Source: Candidatus Omnitrophota bacterium
GTDB taxonomy: Bacteria > Omnitrophota > Gorgyraeia > JABMRG01
Assembly (NCBI GenBank): GCA_030593065.1
Contig: JAUVHV010000001.1
Location: forward strand, 145,965-209,964
Length of the DNA stretch: 64,000 nucleotides
Direction: 5' to 3'
Made by a program: the position numbers and the translations under genes. The notes beneath the pieces are model-generated. The model made no database searches. It saw only the letters and a list, made by a program, of their open reading frames with translations, and had not been told where the DNA came from. Each line of letters begins with the position of its first letter. The first letter of the stretch is position 1. This document shows, piece by piece, positions 1-8,566 of this stretch.

Positions 1-43
1 GCAAATATTCGGAATATTAAGCGGAGGGTTTCTTTTAATTGAG

Positions 44-706
44 ATGGGAACATTTATTGGTTTTCTGACTATGGCGTTTCTTTTATTAGGATTTATCTGG
101 TATAAGGTCTATGCCCAGAAAAGAGCGGCTCAGGATTCAGCTCTTATATATGTTTTAGAAAAATTAGTTGCCAAGGATAGAGAATTAGTTTCAGATAATC
201 TTCTTACGGAACTAAAGGATATTGTTATTCAGAGAGACGAGCTTATAAAAGATAGGTTTCATAAGCTTATTGAACAAGCCATGGTTTTGGATTTTGAAGA
301 AGTTTTGGAGACAGAGGACTTTTTTAAATATATCTCAGATATATTAGGGAAGGAGTTAAGCTTAGACCCGCAAGACTTGTTTGAAAAATTTATGCAAAGA
401 GAAAAAGAGGCTAGCACCGTAATAAAGAAGGGATTGGCTATTCCACACATCATCGTCGAGGGCAAGAATATCTCTAAAATCCTTTTAGTAAGGGCAAAAG
501 CAGGAGTTGTTTTTCCTCAGGATGAGGTAGTGCATATAATGTTTGTTCTCGCGGGTTCAGCCGGCGAACGGGTCCTACACCTAAAGATTTTAGCTGCTAT
601 TGCTCAAATTGTCCAGGATCCCGGATTTGACAAGACATGGCTTAGGGCAGGAAGCAAAGATGAATTAAGGAATATCGTTCTCTTGGCTGAGAGGAAAAGA
701 GGGTAA
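44..706 (+). CDS. Membrane-anchored PTS EIIA type-2 (PtsN-like) domain protein
   Basis: N-terminal TM helix. C-terminal region has the G-L-A-I-P-H motif typical of PTS_EIIA_2 around the phospho-His. Family assignment from motif only. Confidence 0.45.
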   Translation: MGTFIGFLTMAFLLLGFIWYKVYAQKRAAQDSALIYVLEKLVAKDRELVSDNLLTELKDIVIQRDELIKDRFHKLIEQAMVLDFEEVLETEDFFKYISDILGKELSLDPQDLFEKFMQREKEASTVIKKGLAIPHIIVEGKNISKILLVRAKAGVVFPQDEVVHIMFVLAGSAGERVLHLKILAAIAQIVQDPGFDKTWLRAGSKDELRNIVLLAERKRG

Positions 707-719
707 AGATATAATCAAG

Positions 720-1148
720 GTGCCGGACCCCATGAGTTTTTATCAATTACTTGAACATACAGCAGATTTAGGTATAAGGGTCTGGGGCAGAGACCTTAAG
801 GCGCTTTTTATTAATTCCGCAAGCGCTATGTATGATCTTATTGTAGATGCCAAGACTGTAAGGCCTGTTAAGCATATTAAGATTAACGCCAAAGCTCAAG
901 ATAGAGATGAACTGCTCAAGAACTGGCTTTCAGAATTGCTATACTATTTTCATGTAAAGGATACTATTTTTTGTAGGTTTGATATAGTAAGACTAGACGA
1001 AAAAAATGTTGTTTCTATTGTTATGGGTGAAAAGATAGACAAAGATCGGCACAGCTTACAACATGAAATAAAAGCTGTTACATTTCACGCTTTGAATATA
1101 CACAAAACAGATAATAGGCTTTCTACAGATATAATATTTGACATATAG
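720..1148 (+). CDS. Archease (RtcB activator)
   Basis: LEHTADLGIRVWG N-terminal archease signature, about 140 aa, immediately upstream of rtcB. Confidence 0.8.
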   Translation: MPDPMSFYQLLEHTADLGIRVWGRDLKALFINSASAMYDLIVDAKTVRPVKHIKINAKAQDRDELLKNWLSELLYYFHVKDTIFCRFDIVRLDEKNVVSIVMGEKIDKDRHSLQHEIKAVTFHALNIHKTDNRLSTDIIFDI

Positions 1149-1167
1149 AACATATTAGAGAGATATC

Positions 1168-2628
1168 ATGATTAACGCATATAACGGCCCCTTAGAAAAA
1201 ATAGATAATTATCGCTGGCGTATACCAAAATCTTTTATGGTTAGTATGCGTGTAGACGGCCTGATATACGCGAATGATAAGCTTATAGATTCAATAAGAA
1301 AAGATAGCGCTTTACAGCAGGTAGCGAATGTTGCCACGCTTCCAGGCATAGTAAAACATTCTTTTGCCATGCCTGATATTCATTGGGGATATGGTTTTTC
1401 AATAGGAGGCCTGGCTGCAACAGATATTGAAAAGGGCGGGGTAATCTCACCCGGAGGTGTTGGGTATGATATAAATTGCGGCGTCAGGCTTTTAAAAACC
1501 GATTTATTTGAAAAAGATATAAAACTTAAGCTCAAAGAATTGGTCTATGGATTATATTATAATGTTCCCGCGGGGATCGGTTCAAAAGGCGATATAAAAA
1601 TCAGCGTCAAAGAAGAAGAGAAGATTCTTACCAAGGGAGCTGCATGGGCCCTTTCTAAGGGGTATGCGACAGAGTCAGATATCGAGCATACCGAAGATAG
1701 GGGTGTCATGGAAGGGGCAAATCCTGATGCTGTGTCCGAGAGGGCTTATGAGCGTGGCAGAAAGCAATCCGGAACATTAGGCTCGGGGAACCATTTTATA
1801 GAGATCCAGGTAGTAGATAAGATATATGATGAGAAAGCAGCGGGCATATTCGGCCTTTCAAAAGATCAGATTACGGTTATGGTTCATTCCGGTTCGCGCG
1901 GATTTGGTTACCAGATATGCGATGACTACGCGAAAAAAATGGTCCATACTCTTTCAAAATATAATATTAAGATTCCTGACAGGCAGCTTGCCTGCGTTCC
2001 TTTAGATTCTGAAGAAGGTAAGCTCTATTTTGGCGCTATGAAGTGCGCGGCAAACTACGCATGGAATAACAGGCAGTGCCTTATGCATCTGGTAAGGCAG
2101 ACTTTTGAAAAGATATTTGCAAAAAGTTCACAAGCGCTTGGGATATCGCTTATATATGACCTTGCGCATAATATAGCAAAACTTGAAAAGCATGTTGTAG
2201 ATGGCAGAGAGAAGGTTTTATGCGTGCACCGAAAAGGAGCAACACGGGCGTTTGGGCCGAACCATCCCGAACTTCCGCAAAAATATAAGGATATCGGCCA
2301 GCCTGTTATTATACCTGGTGATATGGGGACAGGATCATACCTTCTTCTTGGCACGCAAGCTGCCATGGATGAGACATTTGGCACAACCTGTCATGGGGCA
2401 GGAAGATGCTTATCCCGAAAAGCAGCATCACATAACTATACAGTAGCGCAGGTAAAAAAAGAGCTTGAGAAGAAAGGCATTGCCATAATGGCAGCTGGAA
2501 AAAATACAATTACAGAAGAGGCCCCCGGAGCTTACAAAGATATAGATGATGTAGTTGACGCGGTAGATGGCGCTGGTATATCAAGGAGGGTTTGTAGGTT
2601 TAGGCCGTTAGGAGTGTTAAAAGGATAG
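1168..2628 (+). CDS. rtcB: RNA-splicing ligase RtcB (3'-phosphate/5'-hydroxyl RNA ligase)
   Basis: 486 aa. HWGYGFSIGG, GYDINCGVR and NHFIEIQ metal/GTP-binding motifs characteristic of RtcB. Confidence 0.9.
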   Translation: MINAYNGPLEKIDNYRWRIPKSFMVSMRVDGLIYANDKLIDSIRKDSALQQVANVATLPGIVKHSFAMPDIHWGYGFSIGGLAATDIEKGGVISPGGVGYDINCGVRLLKTDLFEKDIKLKLKELVYGLYYNVPAGIGSKGDIKISVKEEEKILTKGAAWALSKGYATESDIEHTEDRGVMEGANPDAVSERAYERGRKQSGTLGSGNHFIEIQVVDKIYDEKAAGIFGLSKDQITVMVHSGSRGFGYQICDDYAKKMVHTLSKYNIKIPDRQLACVPLDSEEGKLYFGAMKCAANYAWNNRQCLMHLVRQTFEKIFAKSSQALGISLIYDLAHNIAKLEKHVVDGREKVLCVHRKGATRAFGPNHPELPQKYKDIGQPVIIPGDMGTGSYLLLGTQAAMDETFGTTCHGAGRCLSRKAASHNYTVAQVKKELEKKGIAIMAAGKNTITEEAPGAYKDIDDVVDAVDGAGISRRVCRFRPLGVLKG

Positions 2629-2644
2629 GAAACAAAGGGAGAGG

Positions 2645-3937
2645 GTGAATAGCATGCTTGATATGAGATTTATAAGGGAAAATCCTGATAGAGTAAAAGA
2701 GGCCATAAAGAATAGAAATTTAAAGCTTAATATTGACGAATTTCTTGATATGGATAAAGAGCGCAGGAACCTACTGGTTGAAGTAGATAAGCTCAAGAAT
2801 ACGCGCAATATAGAGTCTGATGAGATAGCAGCTCTTAAGAAACAGGGCAAAGATGCCAGTGTAAAGCTAAGTCAAATGAAGCTAGTATCCCAAAAAATTA
2901 AGGAAATTGACTCAAAAGTGGAGGCAATATGTAATAAAATACAAAATATAGCAATGCTTATCCCAAATATACCACATTCAAGCACACCTATTGGTTCTGA
3001 CGCAAAATCGAACAAAGTGATAAAAGAGTGGGGTAAGTTACCTAATTTTAAGTTTAATCCTTTAAACCACATAGAGTTAGGTGAAAAACTAAACATTATG
3101 AGCTTTCCAGCATCTGCAAAATTATCTGGCTCAGGTTTCTGTTTATTCACAGGTGATGGAGCTATGATGGTACGCGCGCTTCTCAATTTTATGATTGATT
3201 TACATACTAAAAAACATGGTTATAGGGAGGTGTGGCCCCCGGTATTAGTAAATCGCAGGAGTATGACTACTACTGGCCAGCTCCCTAAATTTGAAGAGGA
3301 TATGTATAAACTAAAAGATGATGATCTATTCCTTATACCTACAGCAGAGGTTCCTCTGACTAATATACATAGCCATGATATCCTTGATGAAGAGGATTTG
3401 CCTATATATTACACCGCATATACCCCATGTTTTAGAAGAGAGGCAGGCTCATACGGTAAGGATACGAAAGGCCTTTCAAGAGTCCATCAGTTTGATAAAG
3501 TGGAGATGGTAAAGTTTGTGAAGCCTGAAGACTCATATGATGAGCTTGAATCGCTGCTTGCTAACGCGGAAAAAGTTTTGCAGATTCTTAAGTTGCCTTA
3601 CAGGGTGCAGCTTCTTTCGACCGGTGATATAAGTTTTGCCGCAAGTAAATGTTATGATATCGAATTATGGGCCGTGGGAAGCGCTGTATGGCTTGAGGTC
3701 TCCAGTTGTTCAAATTTTGAAGATTTTCAGGCAAGGCGCGGCAACATAAAATTTAAAAATAAGAACACGGGAAAGCTTTCTTACGTTCATACGCTTAATG
3801 GTTCAGGAGTTGCCTTTGCCAGGCTTATTATCGCTATAATAGAGAATTACCAGACAAAAGCGGGTTTTGTCGAAATTCCCAGAGTATTACAACCTTACAT
3901 GGGCGGTAAGAAGATTATAAAACCAGTTTCAAAATAG
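2645..3937 (+). CDS. serS: Seryl-tRNA synthetase
   Basis: N-terminal coiled-coil tRNA-binding arm (MLDMRFIRENPDRVKEAIKNR). Class II core motifs (FRREAGS, GSGVAFARL). 430 aa. Confidence 0.9.
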   Translation: MNSMLDMRFIRENPDRVKEAIKNRNLKLNIDEFLDMDKERRNLLVEVDKLKNTRNIESDEIAALKKQGKDASVKLSQMKLVSQKIKEIDSKVEAICNKIQNIAMLIPNIPHSSTPIGSDAKSNKVIKEWGKLPNFKFNPLNHIELGEKLNIMSFPASAKLSGSGFCLFTGDGAMMVRALLNFMIDLHTKKHGYREVWPPVLVNRRSMTTTGQLPKFEEDMYKLKDDDLFLIPTAEVPLTNIHSHDILDEEDLPIYYTAYTPCFRREAGSYGKDTKGLSRVHQFDKVEMVKFVKPEDSYDELESLLANAEKVLQILKLPYRVQLLSTGDISFAASKCYDIELWAVGSAVWLEVSSCSNFEDFQARRGNIKFKNKNTGKLSYVHTLNGSGVAFARLIIAIIENYQTKAGFVEIPRVLQPYMGGKKIIKPVSK

Positions 3938-3952
3938 CCGCAATCTCTTTTT

Positions 3953-4618
3953 ATGCTTAAACGAGTTTTAAAATTACTTTTAGGTATTTTTATAATACCT
4001 GTCTGCATAGGTGTCTCTCTTGGACTTTATGAGCAGTTGAACCGGATAAAGGTGATCTCTTATTACCATCAAAAGTATTTTGTAATAGGTATAGTAGCTT
4101 ATCTTGTAGTACACGCTGTAATATTTAAGCCCTCGTATTTGTATATATTCAGCCATGAGTTTATGCATGTTATAGCTACATGGATATCAGGCGGCAAGGT
4201 TACGAGTTTTAAGGTCTCTCCTAAAGGAGGCAGCGTCTCTGTTACAAAAAGTAATCTCTTTATAGCGCTTGCGCCTTATTTTTTTCCATTTTATACTATA
4301 GTAATTACTATTGTCTTTTTCACAGCAAATTTTTTTTTAAAGGGTGGTATAAATTACAATCCATTCCTGTTTGCAATAGGCTTTGCCCTGGCTTTTCATA
4401 TCATACTTACTGTGGATTTTTTAAAGATAAGACAGACAGATCTTATGCATGCAGGATATCTCTTTTCAATATGCCTTATATATATTGTAAATCTTATAAT
4501 AATAGGGCTTATATTCAGCCTGCTCTTTGGGAGTGTAACGTTTAAAGAATTTTTAATGGATACCTATTTTAAGTCAAAAGATATATACGTAAGCGCGTAT
4601 CAGCAACTTTTTTTGTAA
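3953..4618 (+). CDS. Polytopic membrane protein with HEXXH motif (putative zincin-like membrane metallopeptidase, DUF3267-like)
   Basis: About 6 TM segments. HEFMH motif inside a TM-proximal region. Confidence 0.35.
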   Translation: MLKRVLKLLLGIFIIPVCIGVSLGLYEQLNRIKVISYYHQKYFVIGIVAYLVVHAVIFKPSYLYIFSHEFMHVIATWISGGKVTSFKVSPKGGSVSVTKSNLFIALAPYFFPFYTIVITIVFFTANFFLKGGINYNPFLFAIGFALAFHIILTVDFLKIRQTDLMHAGYLFSICLIYIVNLIIIGLIFSLLFGSVTFKEFLMDTYFKSKDIYVSAYQQLFL

Positions 4619-4631
4619 ACAGCACTAATAT

Positions 4632-4660
4632 TTGACAACAATCACCTCTAGTGGTATATT
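4632..4660 (+). promoter_or_regulatory. Sigma70-type promoter TTGACA-17-TATATT upstream of tRNA-Ser(UGA)
   Basis: TTGACA at 4632-4637, 17-nt spacer, TATATT at 4655-4660. The tRNA starts about 18 nt downstream. Confidence 0.45.
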
Positions 4661-4678
4661 ATACCTCTAAAACCAAGC

Positions 4679-4768
4679 GGAGGAGTGGCAGAGTCTGGTT
4701 GATCGCGGCGGTCTTGAAAACCGTTGTGGGGCAACTCACCGTGGGTTCGAATCCTACCTCCTCCGCCA
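4679..4768 (+). tRNA. tRNA-Ser (anticodon UGA)
   Basis: Cloverleaf with 7-bp acceptor stem (GGAGGAG/CTCCTCC), anticodon loop cuTGAaa, long variable arm, GGTTCGAATCC T-loop, encoded CCA. Confidence 0.85.
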
Positions 4769-4793
4769 GTTAATATTTCAAAAAGCAAAAGTA

Positions 4794-5222
4794 ATGACAG
4801 ATATAACAATACAAAAGGCTCAGGAATCCGATTGGTCGTATATACAGGAAAAATTGGATAAATATGTCTTAGATGCTACTGATGCCAAATGGCACCAGTT
4901 TTTTGTAGCCAAACTTGATGGTAAGACAGTTGCTTTTACAAGAATAATTGAACGTGGTGACGCTGTTGAGCTTGCATCTATGGGCGTGGATTATTATGAG
5001 CGCAAAAAAGGTATTGGCAAAAGACTACTCAAGTTTTTGATAGAAGAAGCAAAGAAGCTTTATCCTGGTAAGCCTATCTTCGGCGTTACCCATAGGCCCG
5101 GCTTTTTAAAACTCCTTGGTTTCAAGGAAGCCAAAGAAGTCCCTGAGGTATTAAAACATAAAAAATATCACCAGTGCGCGCTGGACCCCTCTAAGATTAA
5201 AATAATGAGATTAATGGTTTAA
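4794..5222 (+). CDS. GNAT family N-acetyltransferase
   Basis: 142 aa. Motif A-like R-K-K-G-I-G-K-R-L-L acetyl-CoA binding loop. Confidence 0.6.
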   Translation: MTDITIQKAQESDWSYIQEKLDKYVLDATDAKWHQFFVAKLDGKTVAFTRIIERGDAVELASMGVDYYERKKGIGKRLLKFLIEEAKKLYPGKPIFGVTHRPGFLKLLGFKEAKEVPEVLKHKKYHQCALDPSKIKIMRLMV

Positions 5223-5311
5223 GGAGAGATGGCTGAGTGGTTGAAAGCGGTCGCCTCGAAAGCGATTAGGCCCTTTGGGCCTCGGGGGTTCAAATCCTCC
5301 TCTCTCCGCCA
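5223..5311 (+). tRNA. tRNA-Ser (anticodon CGA)
   Basis: Acceptor GGAGAGA/TCTCTCC, anticodon stem GTCGC/GCGAT with loop cuCGAaa, long variable arm TAGGCCCTTTGGGCCTC, GGTTCAAATCC T-loop, CCA encoded. Starts 1 nt after the GNAT stop. Confidence 0.85.
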
Positions 5312-5344
5312 AGAACTAGCCATAAAAAAATTTCCATAAAAGAC

Positions 5345-5373
5345 TTGACATGCGGGATTGAGTAGTGTATATT
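5345..5373 (+). promoter_or_regulatory. Sigma70-type promoter TTGACA-17-TATATT upstream of the fur-family gene
   Basis: TTGACA 5345-5350, 17-nt spacer, TATATT 5368-5373. Confidence 0.45.
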
Positions 5374-5394
5374 AGTAATGGAAACCATTATCAA
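5374..5394 (+). promoter_or_regulatory. Fur-box-like palindrome (AATGGAAACCATTATC) immediately downstream of the -10 element
   Basis: 13/16 match to the AATGATAATCATTATC core of the Fur box consensus. Contains the inverted repeat AATGG/CCATT. Position suggests autoregulation. Confidence 0.35.
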
Positions 5395-5408
5395 TAAGGA
5401 GTTACCTG

Positions 5409-5924
5409 ATGCCAAGATGGGATACAATGCATGATTTGCCTACAGGCGGGCAGGCAGGTGGTAGGCATGGAAGAGGGCCGCTGTGGTGGCATGGAAGATT
5501 TCATGGTTGCGGATACAGAATAACTGTACCCAGGCAGGCTATTTTGAATGTATTGAGCAAAACATCAGAGCATTTAAGTGCTGAGGATGTATACATAGCT
5601 GTTCACAAGATATATCCGAACGTTGGCCTTACAACTGTTTATCGTACATTGGAATTACTTGTTCAGATGGGGATTGTTTGCAAAATCGATTTTGGTGATA
5701 AAAGAGCACGATACGAGTTATCAGAAGGGCCGAAAGGTAAAAGACACCATCACCATTTAGTATGCACAAAATGTGGCCGTATTATTGATTATACGGATTT
5801 TATTGATAAGGAGATAGAGCTACTTACTAAAACAGAAAAAGCGCTCGCAAAAAAGCATAATTTTGAAATAAATAACCATCTTATTCAATTTTATGGATTA
5901 TGCAGCGAATGCCGCAAAGAGTAA
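5409..5924 (+). CDS. Fur family transcriptional regulator (Fur/Zur/PerR)
   Basis: ITVPRQAILNVL DNA-binding helix region, HHHH-LVC-TKCG and C-SEC-R metal-binding motifs. N-terminal 30-40 aa are atypical, so the true start may be downstream (e.g. ATG at 5427). Confidence 0.75.
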   Translation: MPRWDTMHDLPTGGQAGGRHGRGPLWWHGRFHGCGYRITVPRQAILNVLSKTSEHLSAEDVYIAVHKIYPNVGLTTVYRTLELLVQMGIVCKIDFGDKRARYELSEGPKGKRHHHHLVCTKCGRIIDYTDFIDKEIELLTKTEKALAKKHNFEINNHLIQFYGLCSECRKE

Positions 5925-5937
5925 AAGATTTTGTTAG

Positions 5938-5958
5938 TTGATGATAATGATTTTTAAG
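5938..5958 (+). promoter_or_regulatory. Second Fur-box-like motif (GATGATAATGATTTT) upstream of the DUF5320/NifX-like operon
   Basis: Contains the TGATAATGAT core of the Fur box consensus GATAATGATAATCATTATC. Located between the fur gene and the first DUF5320 gene. Confidence 0.35.
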
Positions 5959-5977
5959 AAAAAAGGAGGTGATTAAG

Positions 5978-6337
5978 ATGCCAGGTGGAGATAGAACAGG
6001 ACCCATGGGAATGGGGTCAATGACAGGCCGCGGAGCAGGTTACTGTGCCGGTTATCCTATGCCAGGTTATGCCAATTTTATTCCAGGCCAAGGCATGGGC
6101 TTTGGCCGTGGTTTTGGCAGGGGCCGCGGCTGGAGAAATAATAGGCTAAATTACGGGGCATTTCAGGGATATGCGTATCAAGCAGGGCGATATTACCAGG
6201 ATGCTAATGTTTCAGGGTTTACGTCACAGCAAGAAGCAGAGATGCTTAAAAAAGAAGCTAAGTTTATGCAGGATGAAATTAGTTCCATAAATCAGCGCAT
6301 AAGTGAATTAGAATCTTTGGATAAAAAAACTGAGTAA
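5978..6337 (+). CDS. DUF5320 family protein (Gly-rich with C-terminal coiled coil)
   Basis: N-terminal M-P-G-G-D-R-T-G-P hallmark of DUF5320, Gly/Arg-rich middle, coiled-coil tail. Start placed at the ATG 8 nt after the GGAGG RBS. The ORF track starts at the in-frame GTG 5969. Confidence 0.55.
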   Translation: MPGGDRTGPMGMGSMTGRGAGYCAGYPMPGYANFIPGQGMGFGRGFGRGRGWRNNRLNYGAFQGYAYQAGRYYQDANVSGFTSQQEAEMLKKEAKFMQDEISSINQRISELESLDKKTE

Positions 6338-6423
6338 GAAGCATCTATACTAAAGTTATAGTAGGTAAAAGGGGGATACTTTTACCTACTTATCGTATAT
6401 ATGTGTAAAAAAGGAGATTTTTT

Positions 6424-6822
6424 ATGAGGATAGCCATATCAACAGATGGTGATATGGTATCTGCTCATTTTGGCAGATGCCCATCTTTTACTATTGTAGA
6501 TATTGAAAACAACAAAGTTGCAAAGAAAGAGGTTATAGATAACCCCGGGCATCAGCCTGGCGCTATACCAAGATTTTTACATGAAAAAGGTGTTAATCGC
6601 ATTATTGCCGGTGGCATGGGTATGAATGCCGTGAATTTTTTTAATCAATTCAGCATAGAGGCAATGGTTGGTGTTACAGGTACGATAGATGATGTCATAG
6701 AAAAACTGGAAAAAGGAACTTTAAAAGGCGGTGAAAGCTTATGCAGTCCAGGCGCGGGAAAAGGTTACGGCGTAGAGAAGACAGCATGTGATAATCCTGA
6801 TAAAGAGGATTGTGGGCATTAA
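6424..6822 (+). CDS. NifX/NifB-type dinitrogenase FeMo-cofactor-binding domain protein
   Basis: MRIAISTDG...VSAHFGRC...FTIVD pattern of the Nitro_FeMo-Co (PF02579) fold. GGMG nucleotide-loop-like motif. Confidence 0.7.
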   Translation: MRIAISTDGDMVSAHFGRCPSFTIVDIENNKVAKKEVIDNPGHQPGAIPRFLHEKGVNRIIAGGMGMNAVNFFNQFSIEAMVGVTGTIDDVIEKLEKGTLKGGESLCSPGAGKGYGVEKTACDNPDKEDCGH

Positions 6823-6837
6823 TCAAAAGGAGGTTTT

Positions 6838-7212
6838 ATGAAGATTTGTGTTACTTCAGAAGGAGAGGCGCTGGATTCTAAAGTGGATCCTCGTTTTGGC
6901 AGATGTCAGTATTTTATTGTTGTCGATACCGATACATTGGCATTTGAGGCGGTACGGAATCCGAATATCGAATCTATGGGCGGGGCGGGGATTCAGTCAG
7001 GCCAACTTGTCGCGGAAAAACAAGTAAAGGCATTGATTACAGGTAATGTCGGGCCTAATGCTTTTCAGGCTTTGCAGGCAGCAAACATAGATGTGATTAC
7101 CGGGGTCTCAGGTACTGTTGAGGAAGCGGTAGAAGAGTATAAAAAAGGTGATTTAAAGCCTACAAGTGGCCCAAGCGTAAATTCAAAATTTGGCACACCA
7201 CCTCAAAATTAA
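6838..7212 (+). CDS. NifX/NifB-type dinitrogenase FeMo-cofactor-binding domain protein (paralogue)
   Basis: MKICVTSEGE...DPRFGRCQYFIVVD. Same fold signature as the preceding gene. Confidence 0.7.
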   Translation: MKICVTSEGEALDSKVDPRFGRCQYFIVVDTDTLAFEAVRNPNIESMGGAGIQSGQLVAEKQVKALITGNVGPNAFQALQAANIDVITGVSGTVEEAVEEYKKGDLKPTSGPSVNSKFGTPPQN

Positions 7213-7232
7213 TTTTAAAAGGAGAAGAAAAG

Positions 7233-7406
7233 ATGGTAGCAGAGATTGGTAAAGAAAAATGTACAGGGTGCAGCATCTGCATTGAAATATGCCCTGTAAA
7301 TGCGATAAAGATCGAGAATGGTAAAGCAGAAATAAGCGATGATTGTATAGAATGCGGTGTTTGTATAAATCAGTGTCCAAATGAAGCGATGTCGCTTCCA
7401 AAATAA
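7233..7406 (+). CDS. Small 2x[4Fe-4S] ferredoxin (57 aa), absent from the ORF track because it is under 60 aa
   Basis: ATG at 7233 preceded by AAGGAGAAG RBS. Translation MVAEIGKEKCTGCSICIEICPVNAIKIENGKAEISDDCIECGVCINQCPNEAMSLPK has two CxxCxxCxxxCP motifs. Stop TAA 7404-7406. Confidence 0.6.
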   Translation: MVAEIGKEKCTGCSICIEICPVNAIKIENGKAEISDDCIECGVCINQCPNEAMSLPK

Positions 7407-7424
7407 AAGTAGGGGGTGATTAAT

Positions 7425-7652
7425 ATGCCAGGTGGAGACAGGACAGGACCGTTCGGACAAGATCCAGGACAGGCAGGAAGGGGTATGGGCAGAGGTGGCG
7501 GCAGAGGCAGGTTGAATGGAAATCGTCCAGGCGCGGGGCCTAGAGGTAACTGCGTATGTCCGCAATGTGGAGCAAAGGTACCGCATCAAGTGGGAGTGCC
7601 TTGTTATTCTGTAAATTGTCCTAAATGCCAGACGAAAATGATTCGGACATAA
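7425..7652 (+). CDS. DUF5320 family protein with C-terminal Cys4 zinc-ribbon
   Basis: MPGGDRTGP N-terminus nearly identical at nucleotide level to the gene at 5978. C-terminal CxxC...CxxC motifs. ORF track starts at in-frame GTG 7416. Confidence 0.55.
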   Translation: MPGGDRTGPFGQDPGQAGRGMGRGGGRGRLNGNRPGAGPRGNCVCPQCGAKVPHQVGVPCYSVNCPKCQTKMIRT

Positions 7653-7653
7653 T

Positions 7654-8508
7654 ATGATTGTTTCAGTTGCCAGCGGAAAGGGTGGTACTGGTAAAACAAC
7701 TATAGCTACAAGTTTGGCTCTTTCTATCAGTGGAAGTGTGCAATTCCTTGATTGTGATACCGAAGAGCCTAACGCGCATATTTTTTTAAAACCCAGCATA
7801 GAAAAGGTTGAAAAAAGTTTTATTCCGATTCCAAAAATAGACAAAGAAAAATGCAACTATTGTGGACGCTGTAAAGAGGTTTGTGTTTATAATGCCATAA
7901 TGGTTATCCCCGCAGGCAGTGATCAAAAAGGAAACATCTTAGTCTTTCCGCAGCTTTGCCATGGCTGTGGCGCCTGTGCCTATTTTTGCCCGCAGAGAGC
8001 GATAGAGGAAGAAGACAAAGAGATCGGGATAGTAGAGATTGGTGATGTTGGTTTAATGCAGTTTGTTCACGGGCGCCTTAATATCGGCGAAGCTATGGCC
8101 CCACCTTTAGTCAGGCATGTTAAAAGGTATCTCAACCCTACACGAACGGTTGTAATTGATGCCCCTCCAGGAACTTCATGCCCTGTAATCGAGTCTTTAA
8201 AAGGGAGTAATTTTTGTATTTTAGTAACAGAGCCCACTCCCTTTGGGTTAAATGACCTGATACTGGCGGTTGAGGTTTTAAGAAAACTCAAAATTCCATT
8301 TGGTGTTATTATCAATAGGTCAGATTTAGGGGATAAGAAGACAGATGAGTATTGCAAAGATGAAAATATTTCAATACTGATGCGCATACCTTTTAAAAAA
8401 GAGATAGCGGTAGCATATTCCAAAGGGGTGCCAATAGTTGAAGCTTTCCCGGAATACAGGAAAGACTTCGAGGATTTGTTCAACACAATTAAAACATGGA
8501 CAAATTAG
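7654..8508 (+). CDS. MinD/Mrp/CooC-family P-loop ATPase with inserted 4Fe-4S ferredoxin domain
   Basis: Deviant Walker A SGKGGTGKTT at the N-terminus. CNYCGRCKEVC and CHGCGACAYFC ferredoxin motifs. Start overlaps the upstream stop (ATAATATGA). Confidence 0.75.
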   Translation: MIVSVASGKGGTGKTTIATSLALSISGSVQFLDCDTEEPNAHIFLKPSIEKVEKSFIPIPKIDKEKCNYCGRCKEVCVYNAIMVIPAGSDQKGNILVFPQLCHGCGACAYFCPQRAIEEEDKEIGIVEIGDVGLMQFVHGRLNIGEAMAPPLVRHVKRYLNPTRTVVIDAPPGTSCPVIESLKGSNFCILVTEPTPFGLNDLILAVEVLRKLKIPFGVIINRSDLGDKKTDEYCKDENISILMRIPFKKEIAVAYSKGVPIVEAFPEYRKDFEDLFNTIKTWTN

Positions 8509-8566
8509 TATTATATATAATTTCTGCGTGATGCTGGAAACTGTATAAAAAAACAGGAAGGTTTTT

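Noticed and set aside
7215-7856. 213-aa minus-strand ORF
   Set aside because: Antisense to the ferredoxin, DUF5320 and ATPase genes, which have strong motifs on the + strand. Low-complexity translation. Spurious.
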